A stretch of 64,000 nt of DNA from the human T2T-CHM13v2.0 reference genome, Homo sapiens: the NCBI RefSeq assembly GCF_009914755.1, contig NC_060935.1, one strand, 5' to 3'. Each line of letters begins with the position of its first letter. Position 1 is the first letter of the stretch. The position numbers and the translations under genes are program-made. This document shows, piece by piece, positions 48,511 through 64,000 of this stretch. Below the pieces are notes generated by a model, which searched no databases, had not been told where the DNA came from, and saw nothing but the letters and a program-made list of their open reading frames with translations.

Positions 48511-49657
48511 AATTGGAATTAAAACATTCTCAGCAAATGCAAAAGAACAGAAATCATAGCAAACAGTCTCTCAGACCACAGTGCAATCAAATTAGAACTA
48601 TGGGTTAAGAAACTCACTCATCAGAGTGAACAGGCAACCTACAAAATGGGAAAAAATTTTTGCAACCTACTCATCTGACAAAGGGCTAATATCTAGAATC
48701 TACAATGAACTCAAACAAATTTACAAGAAAAAAACAAACAACCCCATCAAAAAGTGGGCAAAGGATATGAACAGACACTTCTCAAAAGAAGACATTTATG
48801 CAGCCAAAAGACACATGAAAAAATGCTCATCATCACTGGCCATCAGAGAAATGCAAATCAAAACCACAATGAGATACCATCTCACACCAGTTAGAATGGC
48901 AATCATTAAAAAGTCAGGAAACAACAGGTGCTGGAGAGGATGTGGAGAAGTAGGAACACTTTTACACTGTTGGTGGGACTGTAAACTAGTTCAACCATTG
49001 TGGAAGTCAGTGTGGCGATTCCTCAGGGATCTAGAACTAGAAATACCATTTGACCCAGCCATCCCATTACTGGGTATATACCCAGAGGATTGTAAATCAT
49101 ACTGCTATAAAGACACATGCACACGTATGTTTATTGCAGCACTATTCACAATAGCAAAGGCTTGGAACCAACCCAAATGTCCAACAATGATAGACTGGAT
49201 TAAGAAAATGTGGCACATATATACCATGGAATACTATGCAGTCATAAAAAATGAAGAGTTCATGTCCTTTGTAGGGACATGGATGAAACTGGAAACCATC
49301 ATTCTCAGCAAACTATCGCAAGGACAAAAAACCAAACACCGTATTTTCTCACTCATAGGTGGGAATTGAACAATGAGAACACATGGACACAGGAAGGGGA
49401 ACATCACACTCTGGGGACTGTTGTGGGGTGGGGGGAGGGGGGAGGGATGGCATTAGGAGATATACCTAATGCTAAATGATGAGTTAATGGGTGCAGCACA
49501 CTAACATGGCACATGTATACATATGTAACAAACCTGCACATTGTGCACATATACCCTAAAACTTATCAAAGTATAATAATAATAAATAAAAAAAGAAACA
49601 AAGAAAAAAAAAAAAGAAACTCACTCAAAACCACCCAACTGCATGGAAACTGAACAC
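48505..49657 (+). mobile_element. Short inverted L1 endonuclease fragment (48505-48620 and 49614-49657), split by a younger L1
   Basis: HIIG...[23 protein letters not shown]...KKLTQNH..WKLN. Confidence 0.85.
48621..49613 (+). mobile_element. 5'-truncated L1PA3/4 (1 kb); ORF2 C-terminal 247 codons open
   Basis: Perfect 14-bp TSD AAGAAACTCACTCA (48607, 49614) at a TT/AAGA site; CWRGC...HCWWDC motif. Confidence 0.95.
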
Positions 49658-49919
49658 ATGAGGCCCATATCTGATCTACAAATTTTCTTAAATAAGAAAA
49701 ATATACATGCTTCTGTTAAGTAAGAGCTAGCTTTTTTAATTCAAGGATTATGAGAGAGCCTTTTACTGTCATGAAAATGCAATCTGTAGATTCACTATTA
49801 AGGAGATAAATGTAATTACATAAAAACATAGAGAGTGATGAGAATAAAAAACTTCAAAGTTGATATTGTAGATTTTAGTCATCATAGTTGTTAACATAGC
49901 AAAATATGAAAGAAGTCCT

Positions 49920-50235
49920 TTTTACAAATTGCATTTATTAACAAATAAAAATTGTATATATTTATTGTGTACATATTTTAAATGTGTATAGACTGTAAAA
50001 TGGCTAAATTGAGTTAATTAACACACGTTACCTCACATACTTATTCTTTGTGGTGAGAAGGCTTAATATCCACTCCCTTAGCAATTTTCAAGAGTACAAT
50101 ACATTGTTATTAAATATAGTCATGTTGTAAAGTATACCTCTTGAAACTATTTCTCTTATCTAACTGAAATTTGTATTCTTTACCAACAGCTCTACAACTG
50201 CTTCCCATCTCAACCTTATCTTCTGATAGAGACAC
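49920..50235 (-). mobile_element. L1MA 3'UTR fragment
   Basis: AAAATTGTATATATTTATTGTGTACA...TTACCTCACATACTTA. Confidence 0.7.
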
Positions 50236-50679
50236 TGCTCATTGCAATAGTATCATAATTAATTAACAATAGTTATACAACAGCAAATATCACAGAATAA
50301 AAAACAACTCATTTATGAATATCCTGGATGTCACATAAATGAAATATTAGCTCTAGGCTTGGAGATTAAATTTCAAATGCAAAATGCCATGGGAGAAATA
50401 ATGTTTTTTTGAACTCACACATAGATGTAAATTACTATAGATTTTTTTTTTTAACCCCTGAGAACAGGCTTTAAGACAGAATGACTACAAAGTAGAAGTC
50501 TAGAGGGAGCTGCTAGGGAAGCTGGTCATGATGAAGTATGCAAGTCTCAGCTACTGGGGTCTCAAAGGTTTCTAAAGACATACTACCTATTTTAATATTG
50601 TACATAGGAGGTCCTTTTATAAAATAACAATTGTACATTGATATCTCAACAAATGACAAATGTACATATTAAAAATCAT

Positions 50680-51365
50680 CAGACATCTTAGTTGGACTCC
50701 CTGCTTTTAATCTCCCCTTCCATTAGATTCTATTTATTTCCGCTATATTTAATTTTATAAATTCCTGATTAAACTGTTGCTTCATACATAATTCTGTATA
50801 GAAGATCTATAGGAAAACTGTTTAAAACTCAATACATGATTTTTTATAAGTGGATCTTAACTTAATTTCTTAGGTGTGTTTCTTGCTTTCAGCCCCTTCC
50901 ACTTTGTTTTCTATCTCATTACAACCTAGACTCATCACTGTCTCCCTTGCCATGTTTCTCTGCATGTCTGAATACTACTTACTTTTTGTGATCCTTGAGA
51001 CAGCACACACTGAGTCTTCCCTCCAAAATGCTCTCTCTCTCTTTTTTTTTTTCTAAGTACAACTGACCCCTCCTTAAACAATGGTTCAAAAGTTCCCTGC
51101 TGAGTGGAACCTTTATACACCTTTGTGGCTTAATTTGCTCTATCTTTGGTGCATTAACTCTTTGTTCATAATTCTGTTGTAACTCCTGCAGCATTTTTAT
51201 ATATTTAATTATGTATGTTTCTTCCTTTGCCCCTTCAATAACACTTATATTTGCTCAACTAAGGGGAAAATTAATATGCCATATATTAATCATTTAATCC
51301 TACGATATAGCACAGTGGAACATATGGAGGCATTGAATAAGATATTACACTAATTAAACTGAACA
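50680..51365 (+). mobile_element. Degraded L2
   Basis: Pyrimidine-rich L2-like body ending near GGCATTGAATAAGATA. Confidence 0.45.
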
Positions 51366-52099
51366 AATGTGCTGTGAGCACTTAGACTAAATCTATTGTC
51401 AAATTTATGGAAAATGTTTTGATATTTGGAGTCATTAGTTGCCAGTATACACAATTAACGGGGTAGCCTTCTACACAATAGAGGTGATGCTTATCACTTA
51501 TTTAATGTAAACTGTTTAGTAGATAACTATTAACATTAGATAAGCTAGTTTGTATACAGTACTAAACCCAAGAAAAGTATCTTTGTTCATCCATTTTCAG
51601 ATTTAAATTTCATTTTTTCCTGAAAGCAGGCAACATATCTTATTTTGCACCTTCAGCATTTAGCAGGGTTATTACTGATAGTAGACACTCAGTTAAATAT
51701 TTTTATATCTTAAACTAAATTCAAATATGATTTTATATGATATTATAGCATTTCTAAATAGTGGTTTCTAAAACCGAGTCAGAAAAGAAGTGAATGAATC
51801 CCAAGCGCCTCTTCCTACATGGTTGGTTATGCCAACTTTTGCAGTTCTACAAGTATTCATATAAGTGTGCTCTCACGTTTATGGTTGATTCAATTTATTA
51901 TTTATTAATTGACTAAAATGCTAAGAAAAATATTCTTCTGGTAGTTCTAGTTTTCAATCTTATTAAATAATTATGACAGAGCATATCTGCAGATAAAAGA
52001 AAAATGGCAAAAGCAATAGAAAAATTAATATAAAAATTCTGAAATTATTCAAACAAAACACTATAACCAAACTTTAATAAAATAAACATTTTGCTAAAT

Positions 52100-52990
52100 G
52101 TTTAGTAAACCATATTTAATAAAATAAACTTTTAAATTATAATAAATTTTGTTAAGGAATAATTATTAAAAGCAAAATCTCTATTCTCATACAAATGTAA
52201 ATGTACACGTCAAGAATTTGATTTAATTTTATTAATGAATGAGAAAACCAGTAAACTGCTACAACTAGATCAAAGGCAAATACAAACGATGGATACATAC
52301 TTAGGCAATCAGGAATACTGAGAAAAATTTACATAATAGATGCAAAATTAGTGAATAACCACAGAAGAATAATCAGCAGTATTTTATGGGACACAGTTTG
52401 CATTGCTAGGAACAAAAATCACTTGCAGTGTTATGTTTTCTATAATTTACAGAGTTGTAGCACAAAGATAATAAAAGGTAGTAATAACCTGGAAGAACAT
52501 GCTAGACAGGACACCCAGTAGTCTTTTTTGCCACTGTAATGTCATTCACATATTTTCTTGATAAATATTTCTATAATACCATTTAGAATAACACTGCATT
52601 TGTTATTACATAATTTTATGGTTACATCATATATGTATATTCCTGAAAGGTCATGTCATTACATGGCTACATGTACACTCGCATGAATTTCAGAGACGCT
52701 CAACAGATTTCAGAATATTACAAATAAAATAAAATTTTGAGAACTACTTGGAAGAGTTCCAAATTTTATGCCATAACTGTATAAAACAATTGGACTATTT
52801 CATATTTGTTGTGATAATGTTAGAGATAGAATTATTGGCAGTGTGAAATCAATTTTTAAAACATTTCAAATTGGAAAACATTTCTTTTACTCAGAAAAAA
52901 AACCAATTATTACTTTTATAAACTCTTGCAATCTAAGATTTGAAATTGTGTTATAAATGTATTTTAACTTTTTTGCCACATATGTTGGCA
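52100..52990. mobile_element. Possible ancient hAT-type DNA transposon remnant
   Basis: Recollected similarity only; no TIR or TSD resolved. Confidence 0.25.
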
Positions 52991-53519
52991 GGTGGTCACC
53001 TCCATCTGTGCCTAAAATGTTTTACTTGTCATATTTCAAAATAGGACAGGAAAGGAAGTGGATCAAGACAATGAATTGGTTTTGAAAAAAGTTTCGTATC
53101 TTAAATATAAATGGTTAATATATTTCCATCATTCTCAAGGGAAAAATCATGCCTGCAATAAAAGGAAAATATAAGATTTGCCAAGAAAAACTGAAGAGTA
53201 TTGAAGTAATTGCTTGGGAAATGGGCCACTGAGTTGGAGAGCCTGATTAAAGAGCCGTGGTGCTTGGGTAGATTCCAGCTCAGCAGCCTAGCAGCTGCAC
53301 ATCTTGGGCAATCTGTTGTTGATTATTAGTGACAGAAAGCCAGGTATAATCATTGGTGTCCATTGTTATGAATGCATGAATCCAAATTCCAAGTCTTTTT
53401 ATAATTGTATACAAAGTAGAATATGGTCTTCTAAAAGCACTCTTGATTTCCATTAGTATTCAAAAAACCTAGTAGCAATAAATTAAGGCTACATTTACCC
53501 ATTTATTTTTTTCCTATTG

Positions 53520-55020
<1,501 letters not shown>

Positions 55021-55022
55021 CC

Positions 55023-55096
55023 TGAAATTGTTTGGCTGTATCCCGACCCAAATCTCATCTGAATTGTAGTTACCATAATCATGAGAGAGACTTGGT
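55023..55096 (+). mobile_element. THE1 LTR 5' fragment
   Basis: TGTTTGGCTGTATCCCGACCCAAATCTCATCTGAATTGTAGTTACCATAATC. Confidence 0.7.
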
Positions 55097-58000
55097 AAGG
55101 TATCCACATATATGCATCAGACCTCAGATTATGTGCAGAAGATAAAGAGGTGAAGGCACATATTAATACTATCGTCTTTTTGCCATACTTCACTGGCTGG
55201 ACTCCTAGAAGACAAATTTAATTAATCCAATACTTATTTTAGCCATCTACCATATTCCAAGCAGTGTGACAAGCATTTGGAAAGGGCCATCATAAACAGT
55301 GTGCATTCCATGCCATGTACAAGGTCAGCTAATGCAATGGTGAATTATAGCTGAAATCCTCGGCATAATTTTTGTCCACTAGGAGGAAGAGTCATTGTCT
55401 TTTATTATTTCTATACCCTGAGTGGATCTATTTTAAAGTTGGGTTTTTTGGGGGGGTTCCTGAAAGTGTCTCCTTTTCTTATTCACACAAATACATCCAA
55501 TGTGCTAGTAATGACACTATATAATATGAGCCAATTAATGATTGATTCCAATATAAATATTGTTGTGACATTCAGCAGATGATTCTCTTTTCTGAATTTG
55601 TTTACAAAGCCTGGGAACTTAGCACTGTGTATCTTCCAAGAGAGTTTTTGTAATAGAGAGTTTATCCGTATAACATTAAGTATAATTAACACAGGATTGT
55701 CCAAGAGAAGTTTATTTATTTTTTACTACTTTCCGTACCACTGTAATAATCAGTTAAAAATCTCCAAAAAGGGAATTTACAAAGTTCAATAATTAGAAGA
55801 ATTCCTTTAACTTAGGGCTTTGTGAAAATAATAGATGGACTTTTGTAAGAATTAATGAACCTCATTATGCAAAGAGAATGTTACATAGAAATCTACGTGG
55901 AAAAGAATATATATATATATATATATATATATTGCAATTTGGTAATTAGTCAGAACGTAATGCCCATTCTAGAAGGAATAATTAAAGTATTGCTAGAGGG
56001 AAGGGAAATAACATAAGGAATTAGGGTCCTGCCAAATCACTGAATTACCTGGTGGGGCACAAGTTAAGAGACCATCCCTACCCTATTATGGTTAAGAGAA
56101 CTCAACTATAACTACCGCAGTTACATTCAGAGACTAGGAGGCTGCAGCTGCTTCTGCTGTGTCCTGCACAGCTATTTTTTATACCCATGAAGCTAGGGAT
56201 GAAAACATGGAACACTGAGTCTTGATGCTTCAATTGTCTCTAGAAATCTGTATCTATCACAGCAACAGGAATTGAAAACCAGCTTCCACTTTGTCTCACA
56301 ACAGTCTGGGAAACAATGTTGTGTGTTTGTTTTACCTTTCCAATTAGAAAGGAAGAGGAATGCAAGCAGTGAGAGCCAATCTAAGGTGTCTACCCCATTT
56401 AGTATCCTGGATGCGGTAAGTTGAGGAGCAGCGCATGAAAGAAACAAGGCTACAAAAGGGCTTCTGATATATGTCCTGTAAGTGTTGCTAAATGAAAAGT
56501 TGTACTTCTATATCCTCATATTCATTTTTTATCAAACACAATTTAAGTATAATCTGCCGACTGCTTGCTCAGAACTATTGTTACTGACCAATCTATAGTC
56601 TTCATTGCCTTTAGACCCTTGCACAAAGTTTACTCCGAAATTTATTAATAGCTTATTGTAGTAGGCTTTATTTACTTTCACTCTATTCTATATGTTACTG
56701 TTTTTTTTTTTACTTAGGTACAGAACTAACATTTTTATTCTGAACATTCATGCTTTTAACGCTATACTAATGTTAAATGTTCTGGTTTTGTTGGCTGGGG
56801 ATGGAGGTAACAAAGAATGGGCCTTCTAAAAAGGGTTGGTCTTGAAATCTCCTGAAAACTCCCCAAAATCACTCAAAGGAGAGATTTCCTTATTTAATTG
56901 TGATCCAATTTAGCACAACATTCTTGCTATGCAGTTTTAATCTCCTATACATATAAAATGCATAAATTTAAAGTTCATTTTTTCATTTAAAGCATAACTC
57001 CTAATTTCATCACTGAGTTGACAAGGAAGTTCTGATGAAATAGGGTATTACTAGCTAAAAACATCAAAATATCTATAATTATGAAATTCTGAGAGAATCT
57101 GCTGAGAGGTACATTCCTCAATGCAAGCTAGAGAAGCGCTGGATTCAGATGTGAGTCCACTCTAGGGCTTGCCTGGAGGATGGCTTTCCTTTTGTTTCCA
57201 TTAAAGGTCAAAAATTTTAAGTACTCTCTGTCCGGGCAAATAATGATACCTCTCTCTGAGTGAGGTTCTGGAATAATTATGTGCATTCATTCCATCAGAG
57301 CAATACTTCTGTATTGCTGAAGGCAACCCTGTAGGCAGCAATTACAAAGATTAGAAATGGAATTAAAGAACTCTTCGATTTTGAGAAATATATTTAGTGG
57401 ATAATACTGCCTAACATTTCAAACATTTCTGAATACCCAAGATGCAAAAAACTAATATGTCTAATCTACTTTCTCTTACAAAACCTATTCTTTTCAATTT
57501 AGTTTCCTCTAAGACAATTTCCTTTTCATATTTAGTTCTTAGAATTATACCAATGGGGAACAATAAAGGCAGGAATTAAACTGATCACATACAAATGAAG
57601 CCTAATTTTCTATTGCATATTCTTAAAGTGGGCCTATTTTTGAGTTAGCCAATGTGCATGGGGTATGGAGCATGTAATCTTTTAATTTTTCTCCACTTTT
57701 TTCCTGCCACTGCCTCATCAAAGTTGTTTTTTAATGTCTGCACATCATGATCTGTGGGAATAGGCGTCAGAAAAAATAAAAAAGTTATTAAATTACCCAT
57801 GCTAGTTCTATTTCTCATCTAGTTTCACAGATTTAAGGCTGGATCATCAGTTAGGGAGACTTCCGCATTGTGAAGAGGGTCCTCTCACTCCTCCACTGCC
57901 TCTCAGCAAAAGTCCTGTGGACGCAAAATAATTCCACAGGGAGAAGCCTATTCTCAGTTTGGGAAGGTCTCCGGCAATTCAATGAAATTAAAAAACTTTT

Positions 58001-58399
58001 GTTCTCTGGAATCTGATCTACATAAGTGAACTGGCAAGGATTTAGTAAGCAAGATGTTCAAGTATTGACTTAGAAATAATCATTTACAAAGCAAATTAAG
58101 CCTACTTTTATTTTGTTCACAATGATTGCAGTGGAGGTGAGGGATTGCCACGTGGAACCTACTCCTGGATTTACCTCCTCTGTTTAAAGCCTCAAATATT
58201 AAAATAGTCTTAGGGGAATCAACTACTTTGTGGAAATTGTTTATATTTCCATTTGTCCCAATGACTTTCATTGCAAAAGAAAAAAAAGTACAGAATCGAA
58301 ATAAGAATCATGCTTTGCATGTCTCTTTAACTCTCCCTCAATCTAAAATGTTGTTCAGCTTTTCCTTCCCTTTCATGACCTTGATATGTATTTCTTTAG

Positions 58400-60930
58400 G
58401 AACTTTTCGTTTTCGTATAGTTTTAGATTTCTAGAAGTTGCAAAGATAGGACAGAGATTTCTGGGTACGCTGTACCCAGTTTTCCTTAAGATTTTACATT
58501 AGGATGATACATTTGTCACACCTAGGGAACAAGTATTGATATATTATTTTTATCTAAAAGTCCATAGAGTTTCTAAATTTGTAATTAATGTTCGTTTTTT
58601 CATCCCAGGATATCTTCCAGTATACCACATTATACTTCATCATCATGTTTGCTAAGAGTCTTCTGAACTATGACAGTTTCTCACCTTTCCCATGTTTTTT
58701 ATGGTCTTGATAGTTTGGAAGAATATTGGCCAAGTATTTTTGTAAAATTCTTCAATTGATTTTTCTCTGATGCTTTTCTGTGGCTTTACTGAAGTTTGAC
58801 ATGCCCTTTTGGTTGAATTCTATGTCCCTTTGATATACCTTCATTATTGTGTGTGTGTGTGTGAGTGTGTGTGTGTGGTTTTTTTTTTTTTTTTTCAGTA
58901 CATTCCACCTTTTTTTCCACCAAAAGAAATCCCAGAACAGGCCACATTATATGCTTTCTGAGAGAATGAAGTGAGAACAACAAAACATCATCTCTAAGGT
59001 TGGTGTTCTTGCCAAAAATGCATGGTCTGAGCATAATTATAAGAAAGCACCACACAAGTTCAAATTAAGAGACACTACACAATAGGTTTACTGGACTCTT
59101 CAAAAATGTCAATGTCTGTTATTATCTAATGTAAAAAACCCAGCTCATTGAAGAAATGGCCGATTCAAGTACTGAGAGGGGGAATACTCAAAATAAACCT
59201 GGGGCTTTTTTGGCACAAAAAAGTGAACTGTGTTCACCACTGGTCATGTTAACTGTGATCATTTCATTTAGTTAGTTTGCGCTAGATTTCTCCAATAAGA
59301 GTCATTACTGGGGAAGAAATCTGTGGTTATGTATATACCGTATTTCTCATTAAACTTTTACTCTCAATTCAATTATGTATTGAGCCTTGCCTCAATTTGT
59401 TATTACCATGTAGGTTGACAAGTTTTGATTTTATAATTCCATCATTCCTTCGACATTTGTTGATGACTTGACATATGTTTTCACATGTTATTTATTAATT
59501 AATATATTTACATTTGTCAGTACAGACTCATGGCTTTCTGTTCTATTCCATGGGTTAGAATCATTGGCATCATTATTCATATACATGTGAAAATTATCCT
59601 AGCTAATGAAAGCCCTGCTTCTGTGTCTGACATTCCCTGCACAATTTTTAGCACCTTTGTTTCTTTGTTGTTCAGCAAGATGCTCCAGCTTCATTTTGTA
59701 TTACTTTGCCTCATCCCTGGAATCATCCATTTCTTCAATGAGACCTGGTTCTATTTAGTGGAATATGATATACAGAAAACAAGATCTGGGGACCAGGCAT
59801 ACTCATTGCTACTAGGCTGTCATTAATTCTAAGCCCTTTAAGTAGACATAAGATCTACCTACATAAAATCTGTTATGATCTTAATGTTTGTGTCTGCCTC
59901 CCCGGTACCCAAATTCATTTGTTGAAACCTAATCTAACACGTTATGGTGTTAGAAAATGGGGATCATTTGAATCCGATTAAGTCATGAAGGCAGAGCCCT
60001 TGTAAATGGCATTAGTGCCCTTACAAAAGAGGCCCCAGAGAGCTGCCTTCCACCTTCCACCATGTGAGGACACAGAAAGCAGGACCCATCTATGAAACAG
60101 GAAATACACCCTCACAAGACATCCAATTTGTTGGCACCTTAATCTTAGATATCACAAGTTCCAGGACTTTGATAAATCAATATCTGTTATTTAAAAAACA
60201 CCAAGTTTATGATATTGTATTATATCAGCCTGAAATAACTAACACAGCATCTCTTTTCTTTTTGTAGTCAAATGTCACTAGCCAACCAATACATGTGGAA
60301 GGAATTATAGAATTAGAAAATCGCCATTTGTCAACCTTCATAGTAATTATTTGATTAAGGCAAGAAACATCAGCGGAAGTTAAACTTAGGGGGCAAAGTT
60401 TGATGACAAAATATGTATAGCATACACACACACACACACATATATGTAAAATATACAATAGATATAGATGAACATTATTTACTATATTTATATTTTAAAC
60501 ATCTGTCTGCATATACTGAAAACCATAAATTTATATTGATTCCTCCAATTCCATTTCAGTATCACAGGGTTTATTCTAGTTTTCCTATATATATATCATG
60601 CACTCTCTTCTCCAACAGTGAGAATCTTGACTTCTTTATTTACATTATATGTGCTTATCTACTCAGCCCTGAAATATATAGTGTTTCATAAATTCTAATT
60701 CATAACATTGAGAAAAATAAACTTACTAAACAGTCTTACATTTCTTCACAATTCCTTTGCATATAGCAGAAAGTTTTGTAACAAAAATACTATGTTCAAA
60801 TGCTAGAATCCTTTTTTTAAATTTCCTTCAGTGTAGTTGCATTATTCATGTTAAATGCAGTTAGATTCATTTCTTTATTTTTTTATTCTAAGTTTTCCTT
60901 TTTTTAATCCTTGTTTATTTTAATATCTGT
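58400..60930 (-). mobile_element. Mosaic of old L1MC/ME 3'UTR fragments, mostly minus
   Basis: TAGTTTTAGATTTCTAGAAGTTGCAAAGATAG and related motifs; small plus-oriented pieces near 59000 and 60260. Confidence 0.5.
59871..60246 (+). mobile_element. MaLR solo LTR (MLT1A/MST-type)
   Basis: TGTTATGATCTTAATGTTTGTGTC...ATTAGTGCCCTTACAAAAGAGGCCCCAGAGAG...ACTAACACA. Confidence 0.8.
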
Positions 60931-61034
60931 TTTGTGCCCAGATTTCTTTTTAATGATCCTTATACTCGTCAAGCAATTTTAATTTCAAATGCAATTTTTA
61001 TTAAGTTGCTATCCTATAGAGTCAAAGACTTTAT

Positions 61035-61372
61035 TTTTTTAATGAGTGTGTATGTGTGTTTGTGTTGTTGTTATCGTGGTTGTTGTTGTGAGACAGGGTC
61101 TTTCTCTGTTGCCCAGGCTGGAGTGCAGTGGCACAATCTTGGTTCAGAGCAACCTCTATCTCCCAGGCTCAAGTGATCCTCTCACCTCAGCCTCTTGAGT
61201 AGCTAGGACTACAGACCCACACCACCACACTCAGCTATTTTTTTTTTTTTTTTAAGAAATGGAGTATTGCCATATTGCCGAGGCTGGTCTCAAACTCCTG
61301 GGCTCAAACTATCTGCCCGGCTCTGCCTCCCAAATTTCTGGGATTACAGGCATGAACCATCATACCCTGCCT
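61035..61372 (-). mobile_element. AluJ with tail decayed to microsatellite
   Basis: Dimer; TSD C(A/T)AAGACTTT. Confidence 0.85.
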
Positions 61373-61999
61373 AGCCTAAGACTTTTACAGCGAATATTAA
61401 GTTTACTATAGTGAGCTAAAGGTGCCAAGTTTCAAAAAACAGCAAACACCTTGAGAGCAAGTTCAAGATCAATTTATATTGAGGTGTGTCCTACCTATTT
61501 ACTTGTTACAATGATTAAGCTTTTTCTCATTTCGAGGAGAATTGTATGTATAAGGAATTTCAGCTCTTAATTTATATTTGCTCTAAGTTCCATACTTTTA
61601 AGAATTAGAAGTGTAACAAGGCTATTTTTATATCTAGAAAATTCAGAGGAATGCCTTGCTTTTACTATAATTTCAAGTTTTAGGAGAAAGATTTTTTAGA
61701 TATTCAGTTGAAAAACTTACCCCTGCCTTCTTAAACACTCAATCACTGCTTACACTAACACAACTGTGTTCCCCTAAGCATAGGAATATTGTCTTGACCA
61801 AACTGATTAAACCTTATGTTCACTAATATATTTTCTCTTAAGATCCAGAATCCTGGCCTCAGAATTATATGTGATTTCTTTCCCTTCAATGCTATCATTT
61901 TGAAAGAAAAATAATCTGTCCCATCTTTCCACTGAGAAACTAATAAGCCTTGACCTAAATTGAAGCTCCTAGAATTGAAATTAGATATAGGAGAACATT

Positions 62000-62910
62000 T
62001 AATAGAATCTTAGAGAAACCTTCAGTATCTTCCAGTCAAATTGTTTTCATTTTAGACATAAGGAAAACAAGGCTTGGGGAATTTAAATGGCTTACTCAAT
62101 ACTACGTACATAAGGATAAATCTATTGTTTAAGTACTGTTATATCAACTCCCTATCTAGCACTCTGGCCATTGGTCTATGCATTAATTGAGACAATTTTA
62201 AACATTTAAAGGAAGCACTGGAATAGTTTACAGAGTCCACATTTCTCAAAGACACCACAGTGAAACAGACACTCACTGAAACATTTTTTATCTCAATTCA
62301 CTTTAAAGACAGAAGAATTAGACAGAACACTTCCAGAAGCCGAATATATATTTTATTCCCTTTTCAATTTTCCTTGGGATAGAGCAAAATATGCAGTACA
62401 AACTAAGCTCCAAATATCTGATTTTGAGAAAAATGACAGTCATAGACTACTAAGTTGAGTTATATTTATTTAAATATAATTAATGGAAAAACACCTATTT
62501 CTACAAAATTGCAATAGAGATTGGGGAATGATTTACTAGATCCTTAACTGATGATTGAAAATTGCCCAATCTTCCCATGCCTCAACTTCACCAACTGTAA
62601 AATGAATTAATAATTTTGTCCATCTGATAAAATAATTCTGAGAATTAAATTAAAATATTTAATATACACAAAGTACTAAGTATTCTCCCTGGCCTACTGG
62701 GCTTGACATTTGCTTGCACTAGTAATACCTAATTGCTTTCATTACTATGGATAGTGTATTGGTCCAGGCTATAGACCTGCATTCAAGCCGCTACTCAATT
62801 AGTGCAAACTATGCCAACTTAAGTATAGTATTTTACCTCTCTGGGCTTATTCCCCAACTTTGAAACAGTATAATGGATCCTATTCCACAGGGTTGCTTTA
62901 AAGATAATGT
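62000..62910. mobile_element. MIR fragments
   Basis: TTTTCATTTTAGACATAAGGAAAAC (62045), CCTCAACTTCACCAACTGTAAAATG (62581), CACAGGGTTG (62886). Confidence 0.6.
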
Positions 62911-62911
62911 G

Positions 62912-64000
62912 TTTATCTTTGGCTCTGTTTATATGATGGATTACATTTATTGATTTGTGTATGTTGAACCAGCCTTGCATCCCATGGATGAAGCCAACTT
63001 GATTGTGGTGCATAAGCTTTTTGATGTGCTGTTGGATTCGGTTTGCCAGTATTTTATTGAGAATTTTTGCATCGATGTTCATCAGGAATATTGGTCTAAA
63101 ATTCTCTTTTTTGTGTGTGTCACTGCCAGGCTTTGGTATCAGGATGATGTTGGTCTCATAAAATAATTTAGGGAGGATACTCTCTTTTTCTATTGATTGG
63201 AATAGTTTCAGAAGGAATGGTACCAGCTCCTTTTTGTACCTCTGGTAGAATTCAGCTGTGAATCCATCTGGTCCTGGACTTTTTTTGGTTGGTAGGCTAT
63301 TAATTATTGCCTCAACTTCAGAGCCTGTTATTGGTCTATTCAGGGATTCAGGGATTCAACTTCTTCCTGGTTGTCTTGGGAGGGTGTATGTGGCTAGGAG
63401 TTTATCCACTTCTTCTAGATTTTCCAGGTTATTTGCATAGAGCTGTTTATAGTATTCTCTGATGGTAGTTTATATTTCTGTGGGATCTTTTTTATTGCAT
63501 CTGTTTGATTCTTCTCTCTTTTCTTCTTTATTAGTCTTGCTAGCAGTCTATCAATTTTGTTGATCTTTCAAAAAACCAGCTCCTGGATTCATTGATTTTT
63601 TGAAGGGTTTTTTGTGTCTCTATCTCCTTCAGTTCTGCTCTGATATTAGTTATTTCTTGCATTCTGCTAGCTTTTGAATGTGTCTGCTCTTGCTTCTCTA
63701 GTTCTTTTAATTGTGATGTTAGGGTGTCAATTTTAGATCTTTCCTGCTTTCCCTTGTGGGCATTTAGTGCTATAAATTTCCTTCTACACACTGCTTTAAA
63801 TGTGTCCCAGAGATTCTGCTGTGTTGTGTCTTTGTTCTCGTTGGTTTCGAAGAACATCTTTATTTCTGCCTTCATTTCATTATATACCCAGTAGTCATTC
63901 AGGAGCAGGTTGTTCAGTTTCCATGTAGGTGAGCAGTTTTGAGTGAGTTTCCAATCCTGAGTTCTAGTTTGATTGCACTGTGGTCTGAGAGACAGCTTGT
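62912..64000 (-). mobile_element. L1PA5/6-like ORF2 segment, probably the inverted 5' part of a plus-strand L1; runs off the right edge
   Basis: [22 protein letters not shown] and [13 protein letters not shown]...; no poly-A at the left end, which follows TTT/AAAG. Confidence 0.9.

Noticed and set aside
56410-56720. Donor GCG|GTAAGT (56416) and acceptor T-tract-ACTTAG (56717)
   Set aside because: Isolated motifs with no defined exon or ORF; the upstream region may be LTR-derived.
57914-57940. CCTGTGGA...TCCACAGG hairpin
   Set aside because: An 8-bp stem with an 11-nt loop is expected by chance in 64 kb.

Overview
Human genomic DNA (an AluYb8-type insertion and an L1HS-type 5'UTR are present). 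The window is AT-rich and dominated by retrotransposons. I find no supportable host protein-coding exon, RNA gene or CRISPR array; nearly all long ORFs in the track are L1 or Alu fragments. It holds the 5' end of a young minus-strand L1 (intact ORF0, nonsense codon in ORF1), several L1PA copies (one chimeric, several 5'-inverted), old L1M/L2/MIR/CR1 debris, about 13 Alus and several LTRs. The most interesting signal is a ~220-nt CpG-rich, ATG-free, non-L1 leader fused to the L1HS 5' end (1607-1828), inside an endonuclease-type target site. It looks like a captured cellular first exon (5' transduction). Also notable: two L1s share a non-canonical architecture (short inverted ORF2 piece joined to a copy starting at the ORF1 start), one L1 looks like an L1-L1 recombinant, and several fold-back repair scars are visible. 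Subfamily calls come from remembered consensus features and old-repeat boundaries are approximate; both need RepeatMasker/Dfam confirmation.
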